Shown here: positions 29,901-42,699 of the stretch, in pieces
Layout of the letters: the number at the start of each line of letters is the position of its first letter
Position numbering within the stretch: the first letter of the stretch is position 1
DNA from: Massalongia carnosa
Taxonomy: Eukaryota
Direction of reading: 5' to 3'
DNA: 64,000 bases
NCBI GenBank assembly: GCA_965645245.1
Contig: OZ287084.1
Span: 248,001-312,000, forward strand
The notes under the pieces: generated by a model
What the model was told of the DNA's origin: nothing
Database searches by the model: none
The model's input: only the letters and a program-made list of their open reading frames with translations
Position numbers and translations under genes: made by a program

Positions 29901-32838
29901 CGACCTCATCTCGGCCGATGCAGGCAAACAGTTCATGGCCAGGGAATTCCGACAATATGCTGCAAACATGGGAATCATTGTCAAAAACGTCCCCGTCGAA
30001 GCGCATCACTCCATCGGTCTAGTTGAACGCTATCATGGACCACTTCGTCGAGCATATAGCATCATAACTGCCGAAATTCCCGGAATCAAGCCCGAGTTGG
30101 CCCTACAAATGGCATTCAAGGCACTCAACGACTCGGTAGGACCGAATGGTCTAGTTCCGACGTTGCTTGTGTTCAGTGCCTACCCGAGAATGACTGAAAT
30201 GGATGCTCCCTCGCCTACAATCACCCAACGCACGATAGCCATGAGAAAGGCTATGGAGGAGGTACGCAAGCTGCATGCATCTCGTCAGGTTAATGATGCA
30301 TTGAACACTCGAAACGGCCCGTCCACCACCTTGATTCACGACTTGCCCATCAATTCGCCGGTGCTAGTATTCCGAGAAGGCAATGCAGGTCGATCAGGGA
30401 CGTGGAAGGGACCATACAAACTTCTCAGCCTACAAGGCGAGTCGGCTATCATCGAGCTGTCGAGCGGACCCACCAAATTCCGTTCCACCTCGTTGAAACC
30501 GTACTACGACCTTGCTGCTGATGGCATGAAGGATACAAATAAAGATGAAAAAGATGACGAAAGCGCAGGAGACGCCGACGTTGGTGCAGGACGTATAGAT
30601 GATGGTACAGGAGATGCCTCATGTATTAACCCTCGCACCTCGGGACATGTTCCCTCGATCGATGCAAGAGACACCCCTCCTACGAATCCCCTCGTCTCGG
30701 GAATCATTGCCCCGACTGCCTCACCGTCATCAGCACCATCAGCACCAGTCAAACGTGGCCGTGGAAGACCCAGAAAGCATCCCGAACATGTCAATTTCAC
30801 TACGCCTTCCAACATCTGCTTCGTCATCGATACTCCTGAAGATAATGATGACGACATCTCGAAATTACCCCAATTCACCTCATCGAGGCAAAAGGAAGTC
30901 GCCGGACTTCTAGAAAAAGGTGTATTCAAACTCGTAAATTCTGAAGACGTTCCAGATGACGCACGCGTTTTCAACTCGAGGTTTGTTGACGAAATAAAGA
31001 ATCCTGGCACCGATAAGGCTTTCGAGAAATCACGTCTGGTCGTACAGGCCTACAATGACCTCAATAAAGACCTCGTTCTGACACAGTCACCGACAATTCA
31101 ACGAGTCAGTCAACGTCTTATCATCTGCCTCACAGCAACATTTCAAAACGAGTCAACAAAGCTATACCTTCGCGACGTCACTCAGGCATACGTTCAATCA
31201 AATTCCGAGTTGAATCGTGACTTTTACATCCGCCCGCCTCATGAACTCACCGCGATGATGGGAGCTCCATCCAACTGCATCCTGAAAGTCATAAAACCTC
31301 TCTATGGCGTCCCGGAAGCAAGCAATCATTGGTTCGCCACGTATCATGCCCATCATACTAGAAAACTCAGCATGACCGAGTCAACCTACGATCCATGCCT
31401 ACTCTACAAATCCGAGCCTTTTGGCATCGTTGGCCTACAAACTGACGACACCCTTATGCTAGCAAGCGACACCTTTTCGGCCGAAGAAGAAGATGCTATC
31501 AAGAAGGCTAAGATCATGACTAAAGAGCGCACTCATCTCATCCTCGAAACCCCAATCAAGTTCAATGGCACCATGATCCGACTCGCCCCGAGCAGAGACA
31601 TCATGTTGAGCCAGGAAACTCGTGTTGGAGGCATCTCGCTGGTTAAGAATCATGACGCCTCGACAACTAGCTCGCGAGGCATCGTTCGAGAAAAGTTGTC
31701 TTCGAGAGAGCAATATGTGGCCCAACGAGCTAGAGGTGCATACACAGCTTCCATCTATCAGCCCGAGGCCTCTTTCGATCTATCTTATGCCGCTCAGTCA
31801 ACAAAGTTCTCCTCAGATGATATCAATGCCCTAAACAAGCGACTTAAGTGGCAAATAGACAATCAATCCCGAGGGCTGAAATACGTCAAACTCGATCGAA
31901 ACAGCCTTCAGTTGGTCGTTTTCACCGATTCATCCTTTGCCAACAACCGAGACCTCTCATCACAAATCGGTTATGTCATATGCCTTGCTGACTCGACTGA
32001 CAAAGCCAACGTCATTCATTGGTCATCAATTAAGTGTAAAAGGGTGACGCGGAGTGTCTTGGCCGCCGAGCTATATGGCATGGCACATGGGTTCGATATC
32101 GGGGCCGTCATAAAGGCAACCCTTAGCAAACTTCTCGGAACCGACATTCCACTGATTCTCTGCACGGATTCAAAATCGCTATATGACTGCTTAGTAAAAC
32201 TCGGGACGACCCAAGAGAAACGCTTAATGATTGATGTCATGAGTCTCCGTCAGTCATACGAGAGACGTGAGGTGACCGAGGTGAAATGGATTCATGGCCA
32301 CAACAACCCCGCCGACTCCATGACCAAGACAAAGGCATCCTCGGCCCTCAAAACGGTGATTGATACTAATCGCATCAACCTAGATACGACCGAGTGGATA
32401 GAACGAGCATCAGGCTGTAGGGCGGCGATAAAATGGCAGGGTGATGATGTTCAATGAACCTGAGGCCGCGCTATGTCAGTTGCGAGTTGGGTTGAGTGAG
32501 ACGCTACACGAGGCCTCACACAGGCAAGCAAAGCCGGGCGTAGGGGGACAGCAGGCATAGATGCAACCCGGCATCGAGGCATAGAGGGGGTTTATTTCGT
32601 TTTTCTAAGTGGTTCCAGTGTTAGTAGCACTAGTAGATAGAACGGGCTGTGGGCACGACTAGAGGCTATTAAGGCCTTCGTCACTGTTAGGCACGAGACG
32701 CCTAGCCAGCCACGTGACCCCGAAAAGGGGCACACGCCTATAGCCCACGCTCGCTACTAGCTAATAGAACAACTTTACCATCCAACTCAAGCACTGACGT
32801 AGTCATACGTCTGGTGCCACGAGTTGGGGTAACCCACA
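26968..32838 (+). mobile_element. GalEa-clade Ty1/Copia retrotransposon, near-intact
   Basis: LTRs 26968-27188 and 32619-32838 (1 substitution, 1 indel); TSD CTCTG; palindrome ACTGATCAGT instead of a PBS; RT signatures KSRLVVQ and QTDD. Confidence 0.93.
27259..32457 (+). CDS. GalEa Gag-Pol with a single in-frame TAA at 29101-29103
   Basis: Gag with [14 protein letters not shown]. The frame continues past the stop into [11 protein letters not shown] (PR), [23 protein letters not shown] (IN), RT, and RNaseH ([16 protein letters not shown]). Confidence 0.88.
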
Positions 32839-33192
32839 CTCTGAAACAAAAATAAATTCAGCAATGGATAGAACGAATTCCACGACATATAGAAGAAGTC
32901 ATCGCTTTGAATGGAGGAAACGAGTATCGAGAGGGTCGAGACAATGGTGTGATTCGGCAATATAATTCCGAAGATCGTCGTATTCGCTATCGCAAAGACA
33001 TTATATCTGATAGCAGTGATGTAGACTGATCATGTCATAAGTCTGCATATAGACCTGATTTTTAATGCATTATGTCGTTTGAAAATGAGGTTGATGTGAA
33101 AAATAAAGATGATAAATCAAATATGGAAAAGGGGCATTGATGCAGCGCTAAATCCTTAGCGCATCCAAGGACTTTTTGTGTCATCCTCCGTA

Positions 33193-33359
33193 TAAGATGA
33201 AGAGTTGCTATGAAGCAGTCTTCTCCTTTTAATTGGTCACCCTCTACTAAGCGAAGTGATAATAGTTTATCCGAGCCTAGGTTGCTTAAGACACCGCTAA
33301 AGGTCTTAAGTTTAACCGATACGGTTAGACTGGAACTGATCTAATCTAATCTGTCAACA
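33193..33359. mobile_element. Right piece of the split solo LTR begun at 7655
   Basis: Continues homology to the 7295 LTR (GATGAAGAGT..., TGGTCACCCTCT.CTAAGCGA.GTGATAA); ends TCAACA, followed by TSD AAATC (33360-33364). Confidence 0.9.
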
Positions 33360-33779
33360 AAATCCAACCAATCGCTAAATTTTGGTGTTCGGCCATTTTT
33401 GTCACGCGCGTGCGGGGTTACAATCGAAATCACGCTAAACTTAGTGTGATCAGAACATCGCAAGAGTAATTTGTCCGCGGTAATGTAGTTTGCCCATTCC
33501 GGGAGCAGCTAGCCTAATGAGGCTAATGTCCAGACCCCATGTAGAATCCATACGAATAGCTATAAATTTCTACTTCATTTCTCTTGTGATATCTCGTATG
33601 TCTGATGTTGATCTTACAACATATCTTGTTAATGCCCTGGACTCTGTGATTGTGCTAAGACGGGAGCGGTGGTGAACGCAATTTTTAAATCTCTAATATC
33701 TAAGACTAACTCGGTTGTATAAATAACATAGCAGCGTTCACAACACATTGTCTTTAAGGGTGGTAAATGTAACGCAGTC

Positions 33780-36700
33780 ATGTATTCAATCGCTCAGATC
33801 GCAAGAACGAAGGTTCTTGCTCATCGACATCTGAGTTTGTCGAAGCGCAGGAGGTGGCTCTGGGATGAGGCCCTGGAACGCTTAGAAGCCAAAGATCCCT
33901 CAAAAAAAGTGTTGCTTACAATAGGGGATAAAGTCAATATCTGTGAAGTGCATGCAGCGGTTAAACAACGACTGGATGAATGCCTAGCCAAGCAGTGGGA
34001 GTTCATCAAGAAAAACGGCGAGAGGATCAAGGTCCGCCATTACCTACAGATGATCGCTCATTGGATTGAAAAATTCATATCTACAGGCGACATCGCTGTG
34101 CAGTACGATCCTGCTCACGCAGCACTGCCTTGGGCTGCCGTTCGCTTCCTGCTCCAAGCCGCAGTGAATAGCGTCGAATCTTTCGATGCTATGCTTCGCG
34201 GTATTGAGATAAGTACAGAAATCATTGCGACATATGCCGAGCAAGAAAAGAAGCTGCTTCGTGGAGAATCCAAGAGTAAGAAACAGCTTGCAGATTCACT
34301 TGTAAAGCTGTATGAAGCCGTTTTGCGTTATCTTGGAAGAGCTGGTGCATATTTTCAACAAACCACATTCAAAAGGGTGTTGAAGGATTCGTTTCAACCC
34401 ACTCAAATGAGTGTAAATGCGCTACTTGATAGCATCCGGGATGCAGAGAATCACGTCCTCAAATTCGTTCGCTTCGTAGAGCACGAAGGTAATTGCCATC
34501 TCAATTGATTTAGAGAACAAGTTAACCCTAACAGATCAATTGAATCAAATCTCCGGTATCAGTAAAAATATATTCAATCTTGACTCACGTATGCGCGAGG
34601 TCGCAAATGCCTTGAATGATGCTAAGCTATCAGCTCAAGAGAAAAGAAGTCAAGTACATGAATGGCTTGAGGCTGTATCAACAGCCGACACGCTTCAGAA
34701 CGCTCAAGCTGCTCGTCATAAGGATACTTGTGACTGGATCCTACATCGACACGCTTTCCAAGAATGGACATTTCCCGTCAACGGAGATGGAAAGCCTAAA
34801 TTTCTCTGGATTCATGGCGGGCCCGGTTTTGGTAAAACAATACTCAGCGCAAGACTGGTGGGGTATCTCACGACTCACATGTCGATTCCTGTAGTTTATT
34901 TCTTTTGCGTCGCCGAGGAGGAAAGTAAGCGCGAGCCGTACGCAATACTGAAGTCCTGGATCGACCAGCTTGTTCAGTGCAACGAAATTGCATTAGAATT
35001 GACTTACGTAGAATACAGTTCAATCAAGACGCGTGCTCCAACATCGATAGAACTATGGAGGATCTTTAGGATGATTGCGCAGAGCATACAATGTGTCATC
35101 GTTGTAGATGGCTTCGACGAGTGTGTTGCAATCAATAAATCATCGCGACTTCACATGAGAAGTGACAGATCGCAGTTCTTGCAGTCACTGACAAAGGAAG
35201 CAGAATCAACCAAAGCACAAGTACTTCTCGTCAGCCGTGACAATGAGGACATCAGAGGGTCACTTATCAGATTGTCTTACGATAAACGGTTTGTCTTTTT
35301 TGAGCTTGCAATAACCTCAAGTGATACAAAGGACGATGTCTATTCATGTTCCATGCAGCGAGTACACGATAAACTAGCCAAAAAGTCTCAGAGTTTGAAA
35401 AATGAGCTTGCGATCAACGCAGCCCGCAGGTCGGATGGTATGTTTCTGTGGCTTGACCGCGTCGTCGAAGATTTGGATCCCGGAGAAAATGCGAAGACGC
35501 TGCGTGGGATAATTGAGGAGATGCCCTCTAAGATAAACGAGATATACAAGAAAGAGCTGGAGAAATTAACTACGCTAAAAGTTGATCAGAAGAAACGTGC
35601 GGTTGCCATATTGAGATGGATATCCTTTGCTATTCGCCCACTCACTGTCAAAGAGCTTGCTGAAGTGATTGCTGTCGGCGGTGACGAAGTCAACGACGAA
35701 TATCCTGAGGATGACTTGCCCGACTCATGGAAGGATGGGTTCGTCGATGAGGACTACGTAAATACTTTCATTCGGCGGTCTTGTGGATCACTCGTCAAGC
35801 TCCGAAGGCAAAGAGCTGATCAGCCTATTGCCTCTCACACAGTGCATTTCGTGCATTTTTCTGTCAAGGAATTTCTCCTTGGATTAAATGAATCTAACCA
35901 TGACCAATCAAGTCTTGAAGCGGTTATGTTCCCAGCTCGCGCCATCGAGCACGATCTTCTTGCTCAGCTTTGTCTTCGTTACCTGTGTTACGATGTATTT
36001 GACACAAATACTGAGCATAGCAAGCAAGATGATTATGGTCGGTATCCGTTCCTCCTCTATGCCGCACAGGAATGGCGCTTTCATGCTGTGTTTAGTCACT
36101 GGCATCTATATGGTAAGGATAAACAAGACATTTCTTTCTCAGAAGGCCTCATAAGGTATGCGAAAAGACTATTTGATCCCATGAGATCGAATTGGATCGT
36201 TTGGGCGAAGGTCTTTGAAGGTGAACAGAATCTTAACGAGCATCAGGGTAGTATAGCTGAAAGCGACGTAACCCACGTGAATGTCACACGGTTCGACTCT
36301 AATTCTGAACGTCTTGCCGATGAAGGGGACAAGGAGAGCAATCAAGAAGATGAAGAAGGCGAGTCTGAGTGTAGGATCGCAGCTACGAATCCAATGTATT
36401 ACGCAGCTCTACTTGGTTTGACAGACGTCGTCAAAGCGCTACAATCCCAAGGCTTCAAATGCGATGAACCGGGAGGATACTTTGGGTACCCGCTACAAGC
36501 TGCCGTTGTTAAGGGTCGTGAGCAGACAGCCAAGTATCTTATTCAACAGGGCGCGGATATGTTGCAGGAGGGAGGAATTTTCAACTCTGCACTCGAAGCC
36601 GCAGCAGCAATAGGTTCACGAACCATGTTCAGTATGTTACTACACCACGGAGTCAACGGGAGAGACCCACGCATGTTCAATCGAGTTGCACTGAATTACG

Positions 36701-38316
36701 TTTGCACCCATGGGTCTATCGATCTTGCCAAATTGGTAATGAATGAACCTTCGGACCTGATGGAAGAACTCGAATGTGGTGGCTGTCCCTTCTTCACTGC
36801 AGTTCGTTTCGGAAAGGTCGGACTCGTCTCCTTCCTGCTTGATCAAGGAGCTGATCCGAACACTAAAGGTCCCGGGGGGGAGAGTGTCTTGTATCGGGCT
36901 GTTAGGATTGGATCAAAGGAAATTGCCAAAATGCTTTTACAACATAAAGCCGCCCTAGATGCTTCAGACGAGACAGGTCATATGATCCTCCACGCAGCCG
37001 CGAGGAGAGATGATGCGGATATGATGCGGTTTGTTCTAAATCTTGGTGTGGATGTCAACATATCGACGGATGTAGTCGAATATTTCGAGGGATGGACCGC
37101 ATTACATATTACATCATCGGAAATGGGGTGTGCAGCTAGTGCGAGACTATTGCTCGAACACGGAGCTGATGTTCATGCCTCAAGTAATTGTGGCTTTACT
37201 GCGTTGCATATCGCTGCGGCGAATGGAAATAAGGAGGTCTTAGATCTCTTGTTGACGCACGGGGCAGATGTAGATGCGGAAACTAGCAACTATTGCACAA
37301 GCCTTATGTTATCTGTCAGTGAGGGCCATCTAGCTGTTTCACAGATTCTACTTAAACATGGCGCTAGTATTTTCAAGACCAGCATCGACGGTTCCACAGT
37401 ATTAGACGCTTCTCCAGATACAGGAGATGAAATAATTGAATTGCTACTCGGTGAACAAGTCCTATCCAAGATCGCAACATCCAGCAATGCTATTTCAAAC
37501 CGAAGCAGCGGAGACCCTTGCCAAAGGAGGAGCTGTATGGTCCAACAGTGTGTCTTTCGTGGCGATGAAGATCAGGCATTGAAACTCATAGACGAAAGCG
37601 AGGAGCCTGAAACACAATGTCTCCTCGATAACGCCCTCCTTGCCGCGGCAGCGTTTGGTTCAACACCAATTGTGGATACCGTTCTAGACAAGGGCGCCGA
37701 TATAGAAACCGTGACCTTTAACTTGCGGACATCCCTGCATCTGGCAGCGGCGCGAGGGCACCTGTCTATCGTTTCAAGGCTTATAACTCACGGTGCCAGC
37801 ATTCAAGCAAAGGAAGCAAGGGGCTCCGAACCCCTCGACTTAGCGGTGTCCTACGGTTTGTCGAGACTAGAAATCACGAAATTTCTTTTGCAACAGAGTA
37901 CCCCCGATGAAGACCATAGTCTTGTAATAAAAAACAAGCTACAGGCTGCCTTTGAGGGCGTCTGGTCCGGAAAATTCACGTCCTCATCCTCGCAGCAAGG
38001 TCAGATAGGCTGGACTAAGCTGACTGTCCAATTCGACTCGGAGAATGCATCAGAGCGGGTGACACTCTGGACTTCCGATGCCGCGGACGAAGATGGGCAG
38101 TTCCATGTTTGTGGACGTCTCCTACCGAATGGACAAGTCAAATTTGCGAGGCTCTACGAAGAATGTGGATGGCTTTGTCTTGGTCAATTCGACTCTGAAA
38201 CGCAGACTATTCAAGGAACATGGGGGATAAACGAGACTTTAAGAAACGGCCAATTCACCTTGCAGAAAGGCGAAGTAATAGAGGCAAATGGTTCGAAAGC
38301 TCCTCCAACCGAATAA
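33780..38316 (+). CDS. Fungal NLR: helical N-terminal domain - NACHT - ankyrin repeats - C-terminal beta-rich domain (exons 33780-34488, 34535-38316)
   Basis: N-terminal GDIAVQYDPAHAALPWAAVRFLL; Walker A GGPGFGKT; Walker B VVDGFDEC; GMFLW; RPLTVKELAE; multiple ANK repeats. A 46-bp intron with a CTAAC branch point joins the ORFs in frame. The true start is uncertain. Confidence 0.92.
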
Positions 38317-38522
38317 CCAAACGATGCTACTGTTAATTGCTATCATAAAATTGTAGGAACACCGACCTGGACAGCGCAGATGTAAGATCTGATACTCTCT
38401 TTCTTTCCGCCGTTTGCCATCATTACAGAGTGTCTCAGGATCGGAATGCGTATATGACTAATATGGTTAACAGCTGTGAGGCACATCAGCGCCTTGAACT
38501 TCAGCGAGGCAGAGAGGCATTA

Positions 38523-40425
38523 TCCGTGCCACCCACATCGCTCGGGTCGCCTCGCTTAGTGCTAGCCAGCCATACAACCCAACTCAGCCATACAACCCAA
38601 ATCGTCAAATTTCAAGCATTTACCTTTCAACAATTTATCATCCATCACCACCATGCCTGAATCATATACCGAAATCGAAAGTCGTATTACGAAGGCTATT
38701 GACGCCTTAAACACGCGGAAAAACGCGAAACTTCGAGCAATTGCACGAGAATTTGAAGTGCCTAGAGAAAGACTTCGTTCTCGATATCATGGGGCCCCAT
38801 CTAAATCAGAGATACGAGGACTGCATACTAGACGTCTGAAACCGGATCAAGAGTCGGCCCTATATATATGTATATCAAGAAACTGGACTCTTTGAACATA
38901 CCTGCCCGATTGCACATGGTGGAAATCGCAGCAAATTCTATTCTTCGTCAAACAGCTCCTGTTTCGGAACCGCCTCCTTTGATCGGGTCGCATTGGACCA
39001 AGAGATGGTTAAATCGTCAGCCCGATTTATTCAAAGTTCGACGAAAACCTCTAGCTGTTGAGCGAAAAAATGCGCATGATTTAGAGTTGCTAATGGCTCA
39101 CTTTACATAATACAGAGAGGTGATTGATGAGTATGGCTTAGATCCTCAAGATCAGTGGAATTTTGATAAAACCGGGTATCGCATTGGCATGGCACGTAAT
39201 GATTGGATAGTCAGTGCATCAAAAGACCGAAGGATCTATAATAACTATCCATCAAACAGAGAATCACTGACCGGAGTGGAATGTATCAATGGGACTGGAC
39301 GAGACATTCCCCCTATGCTGATTTTGACTGGTATCAGCATTCTCGCTCCCTTTTTCCTCAACGATCTTAGCGATGATGTTCTTATTACTACTGCTGAATC
39401 AGGGTATTCAAATGACTGGCTGGCCTTGCAATGGATTAAACACTTCGATAAACACTCTCGAAACATTCGAAAGGGGGCATGGAGACTGTTGATTATGGAT
39501 GGACATGGATCTCATCATACTCGTGAGTTTTTAGAGTATTGTGACGCTCATAACATCATTCCATTTGGATTACCATCACATACCACTCACTTATTGCAAC
39601 CGCTTGATGTATGTGTGTTTCAGCCTTTAAAGCATTGGCATTCCGAGGCTGTCAATGAGGCCATTTAGAACGGTGATGAAACGTTCTCGAAAGTGGAATT
39701 TCTAGTTGCATTCAACACCTTTCGGGCAAAGGCCTTCAAATCAACAACGATTACGTCTGCATGGAGAAAAACCGGCCTAATTCCATATAATCCAGAGGTG
39801 GTTCTTCAAAAGGTCAGAGAGAGTTTACCACCCCCCCGCGAGACTACCCCACCCTCGTCGATTCAATCAATACAAGTGACCCCTAGGACTGTCAGACAAT
39901 TGAGTACAGTAGCCGCAGACATTATGATGCATTCCCGTTGTTCGGATGAACTTACACAAATGATAGCAAAATTTGTAAAGGGGGCTGTTTTGGAAGTCCG
40001 AAAAGGAGAACTTCTCGAACAACGATGGGATCAACAAACAAAGGCCGAAAAAGTTCGAAAAGCACGCAAACGAGAGAGCAATAAGGTACTTCAGATTGGG
40101 GGCAAACTTACTGCACGAAAGGCTCGATCAATGATTCGTGATAGACAGAATCAGGAGGCTCAGAGGGAGAAGGATCGAATGATCGCATGGGAAAAGCGAT
40201 ATTCTTTGGCACTGGGCAAGGTGGCTAGACAAACCAAAGCTCATCGAAAGTTGAAGATGACCAAAAGTATGAATAGCATCAAAAGATGGGAGGAAGTACT
40301 GAAGGAATTGTTGAAAAAAACCCCGATGTATGTAGAGGAGTAGCATTTTGGGTTGTATGGCTGAGTTGGGTTGTATGGCTGGCTAGCACTAAGCGAGGCG
40401 ACCCGAGCGATGTGGGTGGCACGGA
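38523..40425 (+). mobile_element. pogo/Fot1-like DNA transposon 1 (degenerate transposase 38653-40343)
   Basis: 79-bp perfect TIRs (38523-38601 / 40347-40425) with an internal AGCCATACAACCCAA repeat; TA flanks; WNFDKTG, LLIMDGHGSH, LLQPLDVCVFQPLK; one frameshift and two stops. Confidence 0.95.
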
Positions 40426-40427
40426 TA

Positions 40428-40778
40428 GATCATATTCCCATCAGACTCGCTGCTCTCGGCTTCGTGCAGAGCAGCGCCAGCGCCATCTTTGTTTCGGTTG
40501 GAAATAATATTCTTCAAAATGGGTTGTTCAGCGCTGGGGATCAACGAACTGGTATTGATATCAAATCCGAAATTGCCGCAAGAGCTACTCATTTTCGATC
40601 GATCATCTTCAATGATGAGTTATTGCCATTAATAACTATTTATAATAGTGCCTTGCGAAAGGATCTTCTCATGATCGTCCCGCTGCTAGGTTTCGCATTA
40701 TTTTCTTCCCTTAAATTTGAATGGAAAAGCGTCAGGGGAAAGAAAGTTAATATACAGACTGTTCGAGGACTAGAGTAG
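40428..40778 (+). pseudogene. C-terminal remnant of a DHA2-type MFS efflux transporter
   Basis: FVQSSASAIFVSVGNNILQN...YNSALRK...EWKSVRGKK is typical of 14-TMS fungal efflux pump C-termini; no upstream part is recognisable. Confidence 0.65.
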
Positions 40779-42699
40779 GTTTCGAACTAGGTTAAAATGA
40801 AGTGTTGATGTTATGTTAAAATGTCAGCTTAGCAAACAAGATCAGACAATTTTTAACGGCTTGATCAAAATAGACCTAGCGTAGTTTAAACATTCACAAA
40901 TAAACAATAAGTAAAATTATTCTCTTCGAAATATATGACTGCAGGTCATTCCCAATATGTGCCCCGCAGTTATCTCGAATCAAGTACAGTGCAGTGCGCC
41001 TGAGCTGTCTGACTTTCGATGTTCGTACATGCGCACGGACATTTAAGTACACTTCATCAGATCGCGTATCTTTCAACGTACGCTCGATAGTCGACACAAT
41101 GTTGTTATGATTATCTAATCGCACGCGACGTGCACGCCTGCATGCTTGAATGCAGACATAAAGTTATGCAGTCATCTCCCGCAAAGAGGTTTAGGGAGGT
41201 TAAGGCTAGTCTTGCACGGTTTGGTATCGAGGATTGATCAGACCGGTTTCTGAAAGTTATCCAAGAACACCGGGAAGCTCGCGAAGTAAGTTATGTCTAT
41301 GAACCGGAACATGTGTAACTCCTTTGGTCTAAAGCTCACCAGAAATAACTCTCTCTAGGATGCAGATTACCCAATGCTATTTCTTTGCCTCAGTACCCGG
41401 GTTAAGCAGGTCCGTAGCGAATGGAACCACTACCATAGCGGATCTGCCTTACATTGATTTTAGGCATTGACCAAAATCGCAATGGATGGCAAGACGAGCC
41501 TTGCCACCTTTTGTGTTGGGGTGATCTTTTTGGTAAGAGCTTGAGCTTTTGCTCTGATATCATAACTCATTTGTAACTTAGTTACTCCAAACCATTGCTG
41601 GAGTGTACTTTCAGAAGGCGCAAACCCATTTAGGATTGAAGTGGGAGATTTCAATACGTTTACTCCGTACGGCAGGACTTTACGCTAGAGAACCCAAACT
41701 TGAAACAATTGAATGGTAGTTTCACTGATGCTGCAACTGGAGTTTCATTATACAGCTACACTGAGACTCGAGAGACGGAACTGAATGTGCTGGCTACAAG
41801 TGACGCAGGAGACGAGAATTTGACATCGGTCTTGCTGCTTGTAGTTGATGGTGAATCAGCGACTTTGGGTACCACTGACCTACCTGTGGGAGACGAAGTC
41901 AAGCCGAATACTACCCATGTGTCAACTCCCAAATTTTTGGACGAGAAAATGTTCTACGATTTCATCGGTCATTTGGATATACTGATAAAAGACTCCAGTC
42001 CTAAATAGCGCGCTACTCATCAGGCTCTTAGGTCTAGCATTACATCAATTCTATCAGACTAGAACCGAAGGGAAACAAGCGTCAATAAAAGTATGGTCTG
42101 AGTCTCCATCCTTACAGGTCTTTCTCAACCTTGATCCAACAAAATTCCTAAACAGAGGGCATAAAAAGCCTATACATGATCAGAACATGTTACCTAATGG
42201 TGAATCTCAGCCAAGAATAGAGATAGAGCCGCCCACCCTTAAAATACTGGTTGTTCATGCACCTTCCACTGAAAACGATGCATCTCCAACGGAAAATAAC
42301 CTTAGAAACTCTGCCTGCCTCGTTAGGCGATACCTCTAATACTGCTCATGGTCGACGCCTATCCTTGACCACCGATTCGCTATCCTAAGCAGCCAGGCCA
42401 CTCGGCGCCTGGAAAACCTAAGAGTGTCCAACTCGACGTTGAGTTACATGATGAGTGAAGGAAAGAACATCCTCCCACTATTAAGCTGCCCAGTAAATCT
42501 TCAAGTCGATTCAAATAGATCCATATACCATGTACACATTGCGCATGGGTGCCGGTAAGCGATTACCAGTTAAAAATACCTTTATTGCTTCCTTACGATT
42601 CTTTTAGGATGTTCTCTCAACTATTTCTCGAGAAAAGGCCCCATTAAATCTACACGATAAGATGCTATTAGATCATAATTGGAAATCGCAGCATAACAG

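Larger units (their letters stand above)
19063..33190 (+). mobile_element. Tc1-like DNA transposon B (related to Tc1A), interrupted by four LTR insertions
   Basis: Right TIR (reverse complement) CGGAGGATGACACAAAAAGTCCTTGG followed by TA. Left end CGGCAAAGTCCTTGG is internally shortened. Transposase pieces 19216-19403, 25354-25388, 25810-26697, 26907-26967 and 32844-~33030 join in frame across each TSD. Confidence 0.9.

Noticed and set aside
33365..33415. Right TIR of the outer DD37E element (..GGCCATTTTTGTCACGCGCG)
   Set aside because: The position is plausible, but there is no left TIR in the window to confirm it and no clean TA flank.
33780..34000. Amyloid signalling motif at the NLR N-terminus with an adjacent effector gene
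   Set aside because: No N/Q/G-rich HET-s-, sigma- or PP-like motif is visible, and no HeLo/HELL/gasdermin neighbour.
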